Shown here in pieces: positions 8,331-18,689 of a DNA stretch of 64,000 nucleotides; position 1 is the first letter of the stretch, and the number at the start of each line of letters is the position of its first letter. The translations under genes and the position numbers were made by a program. The stretch spans positions 9,263 to 73,262 of the forward strand of contig CAWBLQ010000011.1 of NCBI GenBank assembly GCA_963789715.1, in the 5' to 3' direction. The DNA is from Candidatus Binataceae bacterium. GTDB taxonomy: Bacteria; Desulfobacterota; Binatia; Binatales; Binataceae. A model generated the notes under the pieces. It saw only the letters and a list, made by a program, of their open reading frames with translations, was not told the origin of the DNA and did no database searches.

Positions 8331-9179
8331 ATGGCCAAGCTCAAGGGCAAAGTTGCAATCGTAACCGGCGCGAGCCGTGGCATCGGCAAGGCAATTGCGG
8401 AACTGTTCGCCAAAGAAGGCGCGAGGGTCGTGTGCTCGGCGCGCACGCTCAAAGAGGGCGAGCATCCACTGGAAGGATCGCTCGAGACCACAGTTGCCGG
8501 AATCAAGAAGGCGGGCGGCGCGGCCGAGGCCGTCACCTGCGACGTCTCGTCGGAAGCCGACTGCGAAAAACTCGTCGACGAAACGCACAAGCTCTACGGA
8601 CCGGTCGACGTACTGGTGAACAACGCGGCGCTGACCTACTTCATCGAGGTGAAGGATTTTCCGCCCAAGCGCTGGATGCGATCGTTCGCGGTCAACCTTC
8701 ACGGCCCGTTCATGCTGAGCCATTTGGCGCTCAAGGACATGATCCCGCGCAAGTCCGGATCGATCGTCAACATTTCGTCGGGCGCGGCGATTGGACCCGG
8801 CCGCGGACCTTACAAGAGCGCCACCGTCTTTCGCGGCGGTGTATGCTACGGGGCAGAGAAGGCCGCGCTCGAGCGCTTCACGCAAGGACTCGCCGAAGAA
8901 GTTTACGGCGATGGAATCTCGGTGACCTGCGTATCGCCATCGCAGGTCGTCGCGACTCCGGGCACGGTGCATCATCACCTCGTCACCGGACCCGACGATC
9001 CTACCGGCGAGCCGGTTGAATGGATGGCGCAGTCGGCGCTGATTCTCGCCACCGAGCCGCTCGACAAGGTGACGGGGCTGGTGACGTACAGTCAGCCGCT
9101 GCTCAAGGAGTTCGGCGTGAAGGTGAACAGCGTCGGAATCGGTTTCGATCGCAAAGGCAGCGGCTACAGCCTGATCTAA
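8331..9179 (+). CDS. SDR family oxidoreductase
   Basis: It has a TGASRGIG Rossmann motif, an NNAA motif and a catalytic YxxxK equivalent. Confidence 0.85.
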   Translation: MAKLKGKVAIVTGASRGIGKAIAELFAKEGARVVCSARTLKEGEHPLEGSLETTVAGIKKAGGAAEAVTCDVSSEADCEKLVDETHKLYGPVDVLVNNAALTYFIEVKDFPPKRWMRSFAVNLHGPFMLSHLALKDMIPRKSGSIVNISSGAAIGPGRGPYKSATVFRGGVCYGAEKAALERFTQGLAEEVYGDGISVTCVSPSQVVATPGTVHHHLVTGPDDPTGEPVEWMAQSALILATEPLDKVTGLVTYSQPLLKEFGVKVNSVGIGFDRKGSGYSLI

Positions 9180-9204
9180 CCGCGCGCAGGACGTTTCTGT
9201 TTTC

Positions 9205-12200
9205 TCAGGCCGCCTGCGGGATTCTGAGCGAGATGATTCGCGAGACGCCCGGGCGATCCATCGTGACGCCGTGAATCTGATCGGCGCGCTGCATGGTGCG
9301 CTGGTTGTGAGTGATCACGATGAACTGCGAGCGCGCTTTCAGCTCTGCCATCAGCGTGGTGAAGGCCGCAAGGCTGAACTCGTCCAGCGGCGCGTCAACT
9401 TCGTCCATCACGCAGAACGGGCTGGGGTTGAGCAGGAACAGCGAGAAAATCAGCGCCATCGCGGACAGCGCTTTCTCGCCGCCTGACAGCAGCCCGATTT
9501 CCTTGACCTTCTTGCCCGGCGGCTGCACCAGCACGTTGACGCCCGCGTCGAGCACGTCGCCGGCGTCGGTCAATTCGAGCCGTCCCTTGCCGCCGCGCAG
9601 CAGCTTGGGAAACAGCTCGGCGAAGTTTTTCGCCGCGCCCTCGAAGGTCTCGGCAAAGCGTTTTCGCGCCTCGCGATTCAGATGGGTGATCGTTTTGGTC
9701 AGATCGTCGAGCGCACTCTGCAGATCGGCGCGCTCGGCGCCGAGCACTCCCGCGCGTTCCTCGAGCTCCTTGACCTCGCTGTCGGCGGCGAGGTTGACTT
9801 CGCCGATTCGTTCCAGCTTCGCGCGCAACTCGACGAGCCGCGCGTCGTCATCGGCCGCAACTCTGCCGTCGAGCGCGGGAATTATATCGGCCGCCATCGC
9901 GTCGAACTCGGCGCCGAATTTCTCGACAAACGCGCGCGCCAACTCCTCGCTGAGCGCGCGGGCGCGTTCGCGCTTGAGGCCGCAATCGGTCGTTTCGGCT
10001 TCCAGAGCCGTCAAGCTCTCCTGCGTAGTCTTGTAATCCGCGCGGCGCGACTCCAGCTCACGCTCGGACGCTTCGCAATCCGCGCGCAGCCGCGAAAGTT
10101 CCGCTTCGAGATCGGTCTGGCGGGCGCGCGCGGCCACATCCTGCGCGGCAAGAGTTTCGAGTTCGCGCTCGAACTCGGCGCGCTCGGCGTGCGAGCGTTC
10201 CAGAGTTGCGCGATGCTCATCGATCTGCGCTTCGAGCGCGTCCGCCTCGCGCCGCGCGTGCGCCAGTTCGCTTTCGAGGGCGCCGAGGCGCGACTTGCGC
10301 GCTTGCGCTTTCGAGGCTGCTTCGAGCATCACGGCGCCAAGCTCTTCCGCCACCGCGCGCATCGACGCTATCTCGCCGACCATCACGCCCAGCCGCGCGC
10401 GCGCCTCCTGCTCGAGCTTCGCCAGCTCTTCCAGCCGCGCGTTGGACGCGATGACCAGGTCCGCGAGCTCGCCGAGCCGCCGGCGCGAATTGCCGCCGTG
10501 AGCCTCCGCGAGCGCCATCGATTGCTCGGCGCGGGCCAGCGCGTCACGGCATTCGTTAGCAGCTCGTTCCGCATCGCGGGCCGCGCTGCGTCCCTGCTCG
10601 AGCCCGGCGTCCGCGCGCTCGCGTTCAGCGCGGACCGCGGCGAATTGGCCGACCCGCGTGCGATGCTCCTCTTCGGCGCGCGCCAGTTCGCGCGTTTCTG
10701 CTTCGATTGCGGCGACGTCCACGGCGGCGTGATTGTCTTCGGCGCTGCCGCCGCTGATCATTCTGCCCGGCCACACCAAGTCGCCCTCGCGCGTTACGAA
10801 AACGGTACCGCGGCCGTTGAGGTTCGACGCCGCCAGCGCGGAATGCAGATCGTCGGCCAGCATCACATGACCGAGCATCGCTTCGGCCACTGGCGAGAAG
10901 CGACGCTCGACCTCGAGCATGTCGACCAGCCGTCCGGCGATACCCGGCGCGTCGATCGACGGATGGGCCGCAACGGCAGCGTCGGGCTCCTGCACGAAAT
11001 CCATCCGGCCCGCCCGATTTTCCTTGAGGATATCGATTGCGCGGATCGCGAATTGCGGCGACTCGACGATCACCGCGTCCATCTGATTGCCCAGCACGGC
11101 TTTGAGAGCCGACTCCAGCGCGAGCGGCGCTCGCACGACCTGCTTAAGGATCGCAGGATCGACGGCGGGACGATCGCCGTTGAGGGACTCGAGGATCGTG
11201 CGGAGCCTCAAATCGACGGCGTTCGACGAATTGTCGGAATGAAGTTCGCCGCGCGCGACCAGCACGGCGCGCATCGAATTGACGCGCGCGGTCAGATGGT
11301 CGAGCGCAGTGCGCGCCTCGATCTCGCGCTCGGCGGCCGCGCGCCGCGATCCTTCGAGCTCGGCCGCCGCCGCGCGCGACGCTTCCAGGTCGGCTTCCGC
11401 CGCGCGCATCGATTCGCGCGCAGCTTCGAGCGCGGACGCGAGCGCAGGCGTTTCGACCGCGGCCGCGGCGAGGCGATTTTCGAGATCCGCGCGCTCGCCG
11501 GCCAGATCGCCCAGCCGGCCGCGGATTACGGCCGCCTCGCGCACGACGTCGGACAGGTCGTCCTTGCATTCCTCTCCGCGGCGCTCGGCGTGCTTGAGCT
11601 GGTTGTTGGCGGCCTCGTGCTTGAGCGAGATTTCCTTGAGGGCAGCGTCGGCGTCGCCGCCGCCGGCTGCGATCTCGCGCGCCAGCGTCGCGCCGGCCTC
11701 GGCCCGATTCGCGCGCGCCAGCGTCGCGTTGGATTCGAGATCGACGAGCCGCGCGCGCAGATCGACTTCGAGCTGTGCGGTCGCGTCGAGCCGCCGCTGC
11801 AGAAATGCGCGCGTGCGTGCGCGTTCATTGGTTCCGGAATGAAGATTCTCGAGCTCGCGCTGAGCGCCGCCCAGCTCGGAGCGCGCCGACTGCGCGGCCG
11901 ACGCGGCCGCCTCGACATCCTCGCGGATAGCGGCGGCTCCGGCGCGCGCGGTGTCGAGCGCGCTCTTCAGCTCCGCGTCGCGGCCGGTCTGCGTCGCCAG
12001 CTCTTCGCGCTGATCGAGCAGCCGTCGCGCCGCGGCGTAGCGCTCCAGCTCGCCGAGCTCCGCCTTGACGACCTTGTAGGTCTCGGCTTTCCTTGCCTGC
12101 CGGCGGGCGAAGCTGAGTTGACGCTCGATTTCGCTGAGTACGTCGTCCACGCGCGCGAGATTTTCCTTCACGCGCTCGAGCTTGCGCTCGCTCATCTCGC

Positions 12201-12732
12201 GCCGGCCCTTGAACAGCGACAAGCCGGCGGCTTCCTCGACCAGAGTGCGGAGCTCGTGCGGCTTGGCCTGGATGATTTCCTCGATGCGGCCCTGCTCGAC
12301 GAGCGAGTAGCCGCGGCTGTGAATCTGCGCGGCCATGAAAAACTCGGTGATGTCCTTCAAGCGGCACGGAATCTTGTTGAGCAGGTACTCGGACTCGCCC
12401 GAGCGATAGGCGCGCCGCGTCACGGCGACCTCGCTGAGGGCAGAGTACGGCTCGGGAAGCTGGCTGCCTTCTTCGGCCTCGAGCACGAGTGAAACCTCGG
12501 CCATTCCGGCGGCGGGATTGGACTCGTTGCCGGCGTAGATAAGGTCCTCGATGCTCTTGCCGCGAAGGCGGGTCGGCGCCTGCTCGCCGAGGACCCATCG
12601 GATCGCATCGACGACGTTGGATTTGCCGCAGCCGTTGGGGCCGACCACTGCGGTCATCCCCGGCGCAAAACTTATCGTCGTCGAATCGAGAAAGGACTTG
12701 AAGCCTAGTAATTCAAGGCTCTTAAGACGCAT
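9205..12732 (-). CDS. smc: Chromosome segregation protein SMC
   Basis: It is 1175 aa with an N-terminal Walker A (GPNGCGKSNVVDAIRWVLGEQ), long coiled coils, a hinge, and a C-terminal signature and Walker B (LSGGEKALSAMALIF...VMDEVDAPLD). Confidence 0.95.
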   Translation of the reverse strand: MRLKSLELLGFKSFLDSTTISFAPGMTAVVGPNGCGKSNVVDAIRWVLGEQAPTRLRGKSIEDLIYAGNESNPAAGMAEVSLVLEAEEGSQLPEPYSALSEVAVTRRAYRSGESEYLLNKIPCRLKDITEFFMAAQIHSRGYSLVEQGRIEEIIQAKPHELRTLVEEAAGLSLFKGRREMSERKLERVKENLARVDDVLSEIERQLSFARRQARKAETYKVVKAELGELERYAAARRLLDQREELATQTGRDAELKSALDTARAGAAAIREDVEAAASAAQSARSELGGAQRELENLHSGTNERARTRAFLQRRLDATAQLEVDLRARLVDLESNATLARANRAEAGATLAREIAAGGGDADAALKEISLKHEAANNQLKHAERRGEECKDDLSDVVREAAVIRGRLGDLAGERADLENRLAAAAVETPALASALEAARESMRAAEADLEASRAAAAELEGSRRAAAEREIEARTALDHLTARVNSMRAVLVARGELHSDNSSNAVDLRLRTILESLNGDRPAVDPAILKQVVRAPLALESALKAVLGNQMDAVIVESPQFAIRAIDILKENRAGRMDFVQEPDAAVAAHPSIDAPGIAGRLVDMLEVERRFSPVAEAMLGHVMLADDLHSALAASNLNGRGTVFVTREGDLVWPGRMISGGSAEDNHAAVDVAAIEAETRELARAEEEHRTRVGQFAAVRAERERADAGLEQGRSAARDAERAANECRDALARAEQSMALAEAHGGNSRRRLGELADLVIASNARLEELAKLEQEARARLGVMVGEIASMRAVAEELGAVMLEAASKAQARKSRLGALESELAHARREADALEAQIDEHRATLERSHAERAEFERELETLAAQDVAARARQTDLEAELSRLRADCEASERELESRRADYKTTQESLTALEAETTDCGLKRERARALSEELARAFVEKFGAEFDAMAADIIPALDGRVAADDDARLVELRAKLERIGEVNLAADSEVKELEERAGVLGAERADLQSALDDLTKTITHLNREARKRFAETFEGAAKNFAELFPKLLRGGKGRLELTDAGDVLDAGVNVLVQPPGKKVKEIGLLSGGEKALSAMALIFSLFLLNPSPFCVMDEVDAPLDEFSLAAFTTLMAELKARSQFIVITHNQRTMQRADQIHGVTMDRPGVSRIISLRIPQAA

Positions 12733-12898
12733 GCTGCCTTCGCCTCCACCACACCACCACCACGTCAGCGAAAAGTTTATCCTAAACTACCCACAGAGGG
12801 TCAAGAGGACACGCAACATATCGTGGGTTGCGGGACCGATATCCACAGCGAGTTGTGGGGGGCGGCTGGGGATAGCCGACTTTGCAAACAGCGGAACG

Positions 12899-13552
12899 CT
12901 AATCCTGGATCAGCTCGGTGTTCCAATAGGCGCTGTCGACCTGCGACAGGTACGGCATCCATTCGCGGTAGCGCCGTAGGCTGAACATCTCGGACGAAAA
13001 CGGCGTCCATTCGGGGCGGCGCGGCCGGCGGAACAGATGCATCCCGGCCTCGTCAGGCGTGCGGCCACCCTTGCGGCGATTGCAGTGATGGCAGGAGCAC
13101 ACGATGTTCTCCCACGTCGACATTCCGCCGCGCGAGCGGGGGATAACGTGGTCCAGGTTGAGCTCGGTGCGGGGCAATTTCTTGTGGCAGTACTGGCAGG
13201 TGTTGCCGTCGCGGGCGAAGATGTTGAAGCGCGAGAATCGCACGTGACGCTTGGGCACGCGCTCGTAGGCCGTCAGCAACAGGACTCGAGGCACGCGGAT
13301 GAAGCCGTTTACGATCCCGAGCCGCTCGTGCTGAACTTCGATCGACAAATCGCGCCAACTGTCGAAGTCGAAGGTGTGATACTGCTCATCGACAGCCTTC
13401 GCAACTCCCTGATAAAGCAGGGCAAACGCGCGTTTTACGGAGGTTACGTGAACCGGCAGATATGAGCGATTGAGAACGAGGACCTTGCTGTTGAGCAGGC
13501 CGGCTCCCGGCAGACTGGGCGCAACCATGGTGGCTGCAGCAGACATCCCCAT
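12899..13552 (-). CDS. HNH endonuclease family protein
   Basis: The N-terminus is LVLNRSYLPVHV and the HNH motif is CQYCHK...LDHVIPRSRGGMSTWENIVCSCHHCNRRKG. Confidence 0.75.
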   Translation of the reverse strand: MGMSAAATMVAPSLPGAGLLNSKVLVLNRSYLPVHVTSVKRAFALLYQGVAKAVDEQYHTFDFDSWRDLSIEVQHERLGIVNGFIRVPRVLLLTAYERVPKRHVRFSRFNIFARDGNTCQYCHKKLPRTELNLDHVIPRSRGGMSTWENIVCSCHHCNRRKGGRTPDEAGMHLFRRPRRPEWTPFSSEMFSLRRYREWMPYLSQVDSAYWNTELIQD

Positions 13553-13798
13553 GACGAGTATCGGCCCCCGGATAGCATGTCAAGATACTACAGGATTAAA
13601 AGCCTGTTATTGATGCGCTAATCACGCTTGCTTGCGGAGGTCGGGCGTGCCTCGTATGATCCTGAACAAGTTGCTGACGGGAGGGGTAAAACGATGTCCC
13701 ACCAGACGCGGGTGTTTTTCCAGGCGCTCGCGGCGCCCGCGTGACAGCTTCCGGCGGGTCGCGATGTTATCGTATAAGCCGGAATAGAGAGTCCATCG

Positions 13799-15448
13799 GT
13801 GAAACGAGAAATCGCAATCAACGCGTCTGCACTGGAGGTGCGGGTCGCGCTGCTCGAAGATAACGAGCTCGCTGAATTCTACCTCGAGCGCAATCGGCAG
13901 GTCGGGCTGGCAGGCAACATCTATAAGGGCAAGGTCACGCGCGTGCTGCCCGGGATGCAAGCGGCGTTCGTCGATATCGGGCTGGAGAAGGCGGGCTTCC
14001 TGCACGTCTCGGATTTTCACGACGGAGTTTCCGCGCTCAACACCGTGGCGGAAGTGATCGGCGAAGAAGACGTCGAGACCGAGCCGATTGGCGACAACGA
14101 GTTTGCCGACGCGGAGCCGAGCGCGGCTGACGAAGCCGCGGCCACCGACAACGGCGACGAAATCGCGGCGCGGCCTTCGCGCGGACGGCGCCGCGGTCGC
14201 GGCCGGCGCAGCCAGGCGCCGCAGCGCTCGCGGCTTCCCATCGAGCAGCAGTTGCGGCGCGGCCAGGACATCATCGTTCAGATCGCCAAGGAACCGATGG
14301 GCACCAAGGGCGCGCGGCTGACGTCGTCGATTTCGCTGCCGGGGCGCCACCTGGTCTACACGCCGACGAGCAATCACATTGGAGTGTCGCGGCGAATCGC
14401 GAGCGCCGAGGAGCGCGCGCGGCTGCGCGCGGATGTGGGAGAGCTCAGGCCGCCGCAAGGCGGTTTTATCGTGCGGACCGCGTGCGAGGGCGTCAGCCGA
14501 CGCGAAATCCAGCGCGACGTCGCCTTTCTGACCAAGCTGTGGGGCTCGATTCTGCGCAAGCACGAGAGCATGGCGCCCGCGTCGATCCTTTACAGCGATC
14601 TCGACGTGGCGTTGAGAATCGTGCGCGACCTCTTTTCGAGTGAGGTGGACCGGCTATGGTGCGACGATCCGACGACCTACAGCCGGGTCGTGCAGTTCGT
14701 GCAGAACTATATGCCGCGGCTGCGGGCGCGGGTGGCGCTGCATGACGGGCCGACGCCGCTGTTCGATCGGTTTAATATCGAACCGCAGATCGAGCGCGCG
14801 CTGGACCGCAAGGTGTGGCTCAAGTCGGGTGGCTACCTGGTTTTCGATCAAGCTGAGGCGCTGACCGCAATCGACGTGAACACCGGCCGCTTCGTCGGGA
14901 AGCGCAACCAGGACGACACCGTCTTCAAGACCAACCTCGAAGCGGTCGAGGAAGTAGTGAAGCAACTGCGGCTGCGCAACATCGGCGGCATCATCATTGT
15001 TGATTTTATCGACATGTCGCGCGAGAGCGATCGCAAGAAAGTCAGCGACGCGCTGGCGATTGCGCTCAAGCGCGACAAGGCGCGGACTTCGGCGCTCAAG
15101 ATTTCAGAGCTGGGGCTCGTCCAGATGACGCGCAAGCGCACGCGCGAGAGCCTGGAGAAGCTGCTGACCGACACGTGCCCGCGATGCGACGGGCGGCGCG
15201 TCGTCAAATCGGTGCCGACGCTGGCGGCGGAAGTGCTGCGCGGAATTCAGCGCGAGGCGGTCTCCAAGTCCGCGGGCGATATGCTGATCGCCAAGCTTAA
15301 TCCGGAAGTCGCGCGCTACCTGTACGACCACGGCGCCAAAGACCTCGAGACGCTCGAGCAGCGGCTCAGGACCAAGATAGTGCTGCGATCGCACGACGGC
15401 ATCGAACTCGGCGCATTCGAACTCGCCCACGCCCCGGCCGCCGCCTAG
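13799..15448 (+). CDS. rng: Ribonuclease G/E family endoribonuclease
   Basis: It has an S1 domain (GNIYKGKVTRVLPGMQAAFVDIG) and an RNase E/G catalytic core (TAIDVNTGRFVG...). An acidic/Arg-rich insertion lies near residue 90-140. Confidence 0.9.
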   Translation: MKREIAINASALEVRVALLEDNELAEFYLERNRQVGLAGNIYKGKVTRVLPGMQAAFVDIGLEKAGFLHVSDFHDGVSALNTVAEVIGEEDVETEPIGDNEFADAEPSAADEAAATDNGDEIAARPSRGRRRGRGRRSQAPQRSRLPIEQQLRRGQDIIVQIAKEPMGTKGARLTSSISLPGRHLVYTPTSNHIGVSRRIASAEERARLRADVGELRPPQGGFIVRTACEGVSRREIQRDVAFLTKLWGSILRKHESMAPASILYSDLDVALRIVRDLFSSEVDRLWCDDPTTYSRVVQFVQNYMPRLRARVALHDGPTPLFDRFNIEPQIERALDRKVWLKSGGYLVFDQAEALTAIDVNTGRFVGKRNQDDTVFKTNLEAVEEVVKQLRLRNIGGIIIVDFIDMSRESDRKKVSDALAIALKRDKARTSALKISELGLVQMTRKRTRESLEKLLTDTCPRCDGRRVVKSVPTLAAEVLRGIQREAVSKSAGDMLIAKLNPEVARYLYDHGAKDLETLEQRLRTKIVLRSHDGIELGAFELAHAPAAA

Positions 15449-15586
15449 TCTCGTTTCGCGAAACGGTGCTACGCTGGTTTAAGTGGCTGTGCCCGAGGGC
15501 TGTACCTTTCTGAGTAGTCAATTGAGTTCACCCGCGCGAGCATTATGTTGCGAGTGATTAATCGGACCGCCGCAGGTGAATAGCTA

Positions 15587-16081
15587 TTGAATACTAGTAA
15601 TCGGCAACTCACTCTGCGCGGAGCGCTCGCCCTGATGAGCCTGGTTCTCGCTGCGTCATGCGCGACGCGCCAGGAATTGCCCCAAGCGCCGCTGCCCGTG
15701 GCGACGGCGCCTGCACCTGTGCCGGCGACGCCGCCGCAAGTCAGCACCAAGCCGCGAACAGTCAGGGCGTCCTTTCAAGGCAATGAGCAAGCGGGGCACC
15801 TGACGGCTAACGGCGAGCGCTACAACCCCGACGAGTTGACGGCGGCATCCAAGGTTTACCCGATTGGCTCCACACTGATAGTAACCAATCCCAAGACGGG
15901 CAAATCAGTTAAGGTGCGGGTCAACGATCGCGGACCACACGTTCGCGGCCGGAGTTTGGATCTCTCCGCGCGCGCGGCAGAAGAACTCGGGATTACTGAT
16001 CAGGGAGTTGCGCGGCTCAAGGTCAAGCGCGTCGCTTCCGAACCGGCGCAACCCGATCGATCGACGGCCTCCTCCCCATAG
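15587..16081 (+). CDS. rlpA: RlpA-like septal lytic transglycosylase lipoprotein (DPBB domain)
   Basis: It has a lipobox (LAASC) and a double-psi beta-barrel motif (TAASKVYPIGSTLIVTNPKTGKSVKVRVNDRGP). Confidence 0.72.
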   Translation: MNTSNRQLTLRGALALMSLVLAASCATRQELPQAPLPVATAPAPVPATPPQVSTKPRTVRASFQGNEQAGHLTANGERYNPDELTAASKVYPIGSTLIVTNPKTGKSVKVRVNDRGPHVRGRSLDLSARAAEELGITDQGVARLKVKRVASEPAQPDRSTASSP

Positions 16082-16152
16082 ACCTAATTTCTCGGCTCAC
16101 ACGGTGTAAGCGCGGCTGAGCAAGCGCGAGAGGATTGTCGGGGTTCGAATGT

Positions 16153-16186
16153 GGTAGTGTCCCAATTTTCAAATCGGGACACTACC
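16153..16186. terminator. Bidirectional terminator-like hairpin between the convergent rlpA-like and Gly/Tyr-rich genes
   Basis: GGTAGTGTCCC-aattttcaaatc-GGGACACTACC is a perfect 11-bp stem. Confidence 0.45.
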
Positions 16187-16206
16187 GACTAAAAGGCTTC
16201 GCGCTA

Positions 16207-16557
16207 TCAAAGTCCGAAGAAGAGACTTATGCCTTGCGGCGGCGGAGCGTCGTATCCCGGACCAGACCCATAGTAGTAGTCCGGATCGGGCGCCGCGTAG
16301 TAGTCCGGCTGAGGCGCGTAGTAGTTGTCCACCACAGTTGGCGCATAGCCGCCGCCGTGGTAACCGCCGCCGCGGTAGCCGCCGCGATTGCCGTTATCGT
16401 GATGCTGATCGCCGCCGCGATTGTTACCACCGTGGTGTTCGTCGGCGCGAGCCGGTCCGACCCCGAAGCTGCCAATCACGACAGCAAGCCCGATGGCCGC
16501 CGCAATCCTGGCGAGCTTGGAGCGCAATTCAATTTTCGGTTTAAGCGATACTTGCAT
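16207..16557 (-). CDS. Secreted Gly/Tyr/His-rich low-complexity protein
   Basis: The ATG at 16557 follows a GAGG motif. It has a signal peptide (MQVSLKPKIELRSKLARIAAAIGLAVVIGSFGVGPARA) followed by GGYRGGGYHGGGY, DYY and PDYY repeats. Confidence 0.5.
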   Translation of the reverse strand: MQVSLKPKIELRSKLARIAAAIGLAVVIGSFGVGPARADEHHGGNNRGGDQHHDNGNRGGYRGGGYHGGGYAPTVVDNYYAPQPDYYAAPDPDYYYGSGPGYDAPPPQGISLFFGL

Positions 16558-16589
16558 AACGACACAACCTCGCGGGATCGAATCCCGCT

Positions 16590-17108
16590 TCACTTTGATG
16601 CGGTCTGTTTGGCCGCCGAGACCTTCTCACGGCTGCGGAACATAGAGTCGGCGTTCTTCTTCTGCGCGTCCGACATCGTGTTGTAGAGAGCCTCGAAGGG
16701 CGGAACGAACTTCTTCATTCCATCTTCGTGCGCCTGGATAACTGACTCATAGGACTTGATGACATCGACAGCGCTCATCGACTGCGCGTCTGAAGCCCGC
16801 TGTTTCTGCAGGTCGATCATCGCCTGAGCATTCTCGCGCATCACCTGGGCAAGATTGTCCCATTGCGGCTTCTGAGCAGCGGTGATGTGGAGTTTCTTGT
16901 GCAGCTCCTTGATACGGGTCTCGACGGCGCTGCTGCTACCTGCAGACTCCGACGCCGGGGACGCCATCGCCTGCTGTGACGAGGCCTGCGGAATGGTCTC
17001 GCTCGAGGCCGCAAACAAAGGGCTGGCGAGAACGATAGCGCCGAGCAGAGTTGCCGCGGCGCTGGCAGCGCGTACGGCAGGATGAGTGAAAGAGATCATG
17101 ATTAACAC
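16590..17108 (-). CDS. Periplasmic LTXXQ-motif (CpxP/Spy-like) protein
   Basis: It has a signal peptide and two helical Q-containing motifs (HITAAQKPQWDNL, MSDAQKKNADSMF), which is weakly Spy/CpxP-like. Confidence 0.4.
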   Translation of the reverse strand: MLIMISFTHPAVRAASAAATLLGAIVLASPLFAASSETIPQASSQQAMASPASESAGSSSAVETRIKELHKKLHITAAQKPQWDNLAQVMRENAQAMIDLQKQRASDAQSMSAVDVIKSYESVIQAHEDGMKKFVPPFEALYNTMSDAQKKNADSMFRSREKVSAAKQTASK

Positions 17109-17359
17109 TCCTTGTCAGTTACGATTGCTGAAACGTTTAGACTTTCGCGGTTAACTTCGGGGCCTCTGCCAGTCTCTCCTAACGTCGACGCGTTTGCCAT
17201 CTGCATTCGGCCAGGGACGTGCTCCGCAGCACAGTCATGTGTGTAATCCAACTTAGTATTCACAGGACGGTTCCTCATATAACGCAATTCGACTCAACAG
17301 CGATTCCTGCGGATGTATTTCGGTTGGCGGGAGAGTACAACATCAATAGGAGTCTGAAT

Positions 17360-17698
17360 ATGAAATACACATCCAATTTCTCAGTGGCTATTTGTGCCGG
17401 TGTTGCGCTGATATGGCTGGCCGGCTGTGCGCCGACTACTCACGTCACGGAGACCACGACGACCAGGCAATACGATACTACCAACCCGCCGATCGTGATG
17501 GCGCCGGTCGCGGACGCAAACACGACCACGACCACTCAATACAATGACGGCACCGTGCAGCGGACCTACACGCAGCCAGCTCCGTACGTCTCTCCGTATG
17601 TCTCTCCCGATCAGAGCACTACCACGGTAACGACCGATGGAAACGACGGAACGGTACAGAAGCGGACCACGACGACGTATGAGTCGTCGCCGTATTAG
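17360..17698 (+). CDS. Thr-rich lipoprotein
   Basis: AGGAG precedes the ATG at 17360. It has a lipobox (LAGC) and a Thr-rich tail. Confidence 0.55.
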   Translation: MKYTSNFSVAICAGVALIWLAGCAPTTHVTETTTTRQYDTTNPPIVMAPVADANTTTTTQYNDGTVQRTYTQPAPYVSPYVSPDQSTTTVTTDGNDGTVQKRTTTTYESSPY

Positions 17699-17750
17699 CA
17701 CTCGTCAAGTACGCAGCGATTGAGCTGGAGAATGGGCAAAGGAGAATGTC

Positions 17751-17900
17751 ATGTTGCTATTGATTATAGTTTTGGTTTTGTTGTTCGGCGGCGGCGGTGG
17801 CTATTATGGTTATAGTAACTACGGAGCCACCGGAGGTTTAGTACCGCTGGTTCTTGTCGTGCTGGTGATCTGGTTGCTGGTCGGCCGTGGCGGAATTTGA
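17751..17900 (+). CDS. 49-aa hydrophobic small protein (absent from the ORF track because it is under 60 aa)
   Basis: GGAG precedes the ATG at 17751 with 7-nt spacing. The product is MLLLIIVLVLLFGGGGGYYGYSNYGATGGLVPLVLVVLVIWLLVGRGGI. Confidence 0.4.
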   Translation: MLLLIIVLVLLFGGGGGYYGYSNYGATGGLVPLVLVVLVIWLLVGRGGI

Positions 17901-17960
17901 CGGTCTGGTTACGGCGGGGCGGTTCGGTGAGAGAGTGCCAGCGCCCAGGGAGCAGCTCGG

Positions 17961-18158
17961 GTGACACTAGTCAATATAGTAGTGATCCTGGTCGTAGTCG
18001 GTTTGGTGATGTGGCTAATCAATACCTACATCCCGATGGCCGGGGCTATCAAGAGTTTACTCAATATCGTTGTGTTCGTGGTGGTGTTGATTTGGATTTT
18101 GCAGACCTTCGGATTGATCGGAGCGATACCCGGACTCAAGATGCCGGCGTTGAAGTGA
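17961..18158 (+). CDS. Small two-helix membrane protein
   Basis: It is 65 aa and highly hydrophobic (LVNIVVILVVVGLVMWLINTYIPMAG...). Confidence 0.4.
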   Translation: MTLVNIVVILVVVGLVMWLINTYIPMAGAIKSLLNIVVFVVVLIWILQTFGLIGAIPGLKMPALK

Positions 18159-18411
18159 TCGGCGTAAGCCTGCAGATGGACCTCGAGGTAAATAGCAAAG
18201 CAACAAATCAAGCGCCTCAAAAGCGATCATTCTTCCAGCAACCGAGCGGCGTTCGTCGCAAGGTGATGGGTGAAACGGCGGGCATCCGGGAGACTCCCCC
18301 CTCCCTCGGTGCCCGCCAAATATTTCAGTGTTCAACCGTTTAATTGTCAGACTGAAGACATCAAGCAAAAACCGACAACCATACATCGTAAGAGAGCAGG
18401 AGCAGGAAAAA

Positions 18412-18651
18412 ATGACACTCGAAGAAACCGCGAATTCCACCACTCGAAGCGCAATGGACCAGGGCCGTCAAGCTGCAGACAAAGCCACGCAGGCAGTCAA
18501 AGACGGCTACGACGCGGCGCAGCAATTCGTCAAGGACAGGACCGTTGACCTGGACCTGAGAGAGTTGGTGCGCCGTGAACCGTGGCTCGCAATCGCGGCT
18601 GCGTTTGCGGTCGGCTACGTCGCGGCGCAGATCGTTCGTCGCGTTTCCTGA
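18412..18651 (+). CDS. DUF883 (ElaB/YqjD-like) C-tail-anchored membrane protein
   Basis: AGGAGCAGGA precedes the ATG at 18412. It has an N-terminal helical region and a C-terminal TM anchor (REPWLAIAAAFAVGYVAAQIVRR), which is typical of YqjD/ElaB. Confidence 0.55.
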   Translation: MTLEETANSTTRSAMDQGRQAADKATQAVKDGYDAAQQFVKDRTVDLDLRELVRREPWLAIAAAFAVGYVAAQIVRRVS

Positions 18652-18689
18652 GCGGGCGCAGGCGGATGAATAGTTCAGCGGAGACCACC

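Noticed and set aside
9682-12492. 936-aa plus-strand ORF
   Set aside because: It is entirely antisense to smc, has an Arg/Ala/Gly-rich composition and has no motifs. It is a high-GC antisense artefact.
13622-14563. 313-aa minus-strand ORF
   Set aside because: It is antisense to rng.
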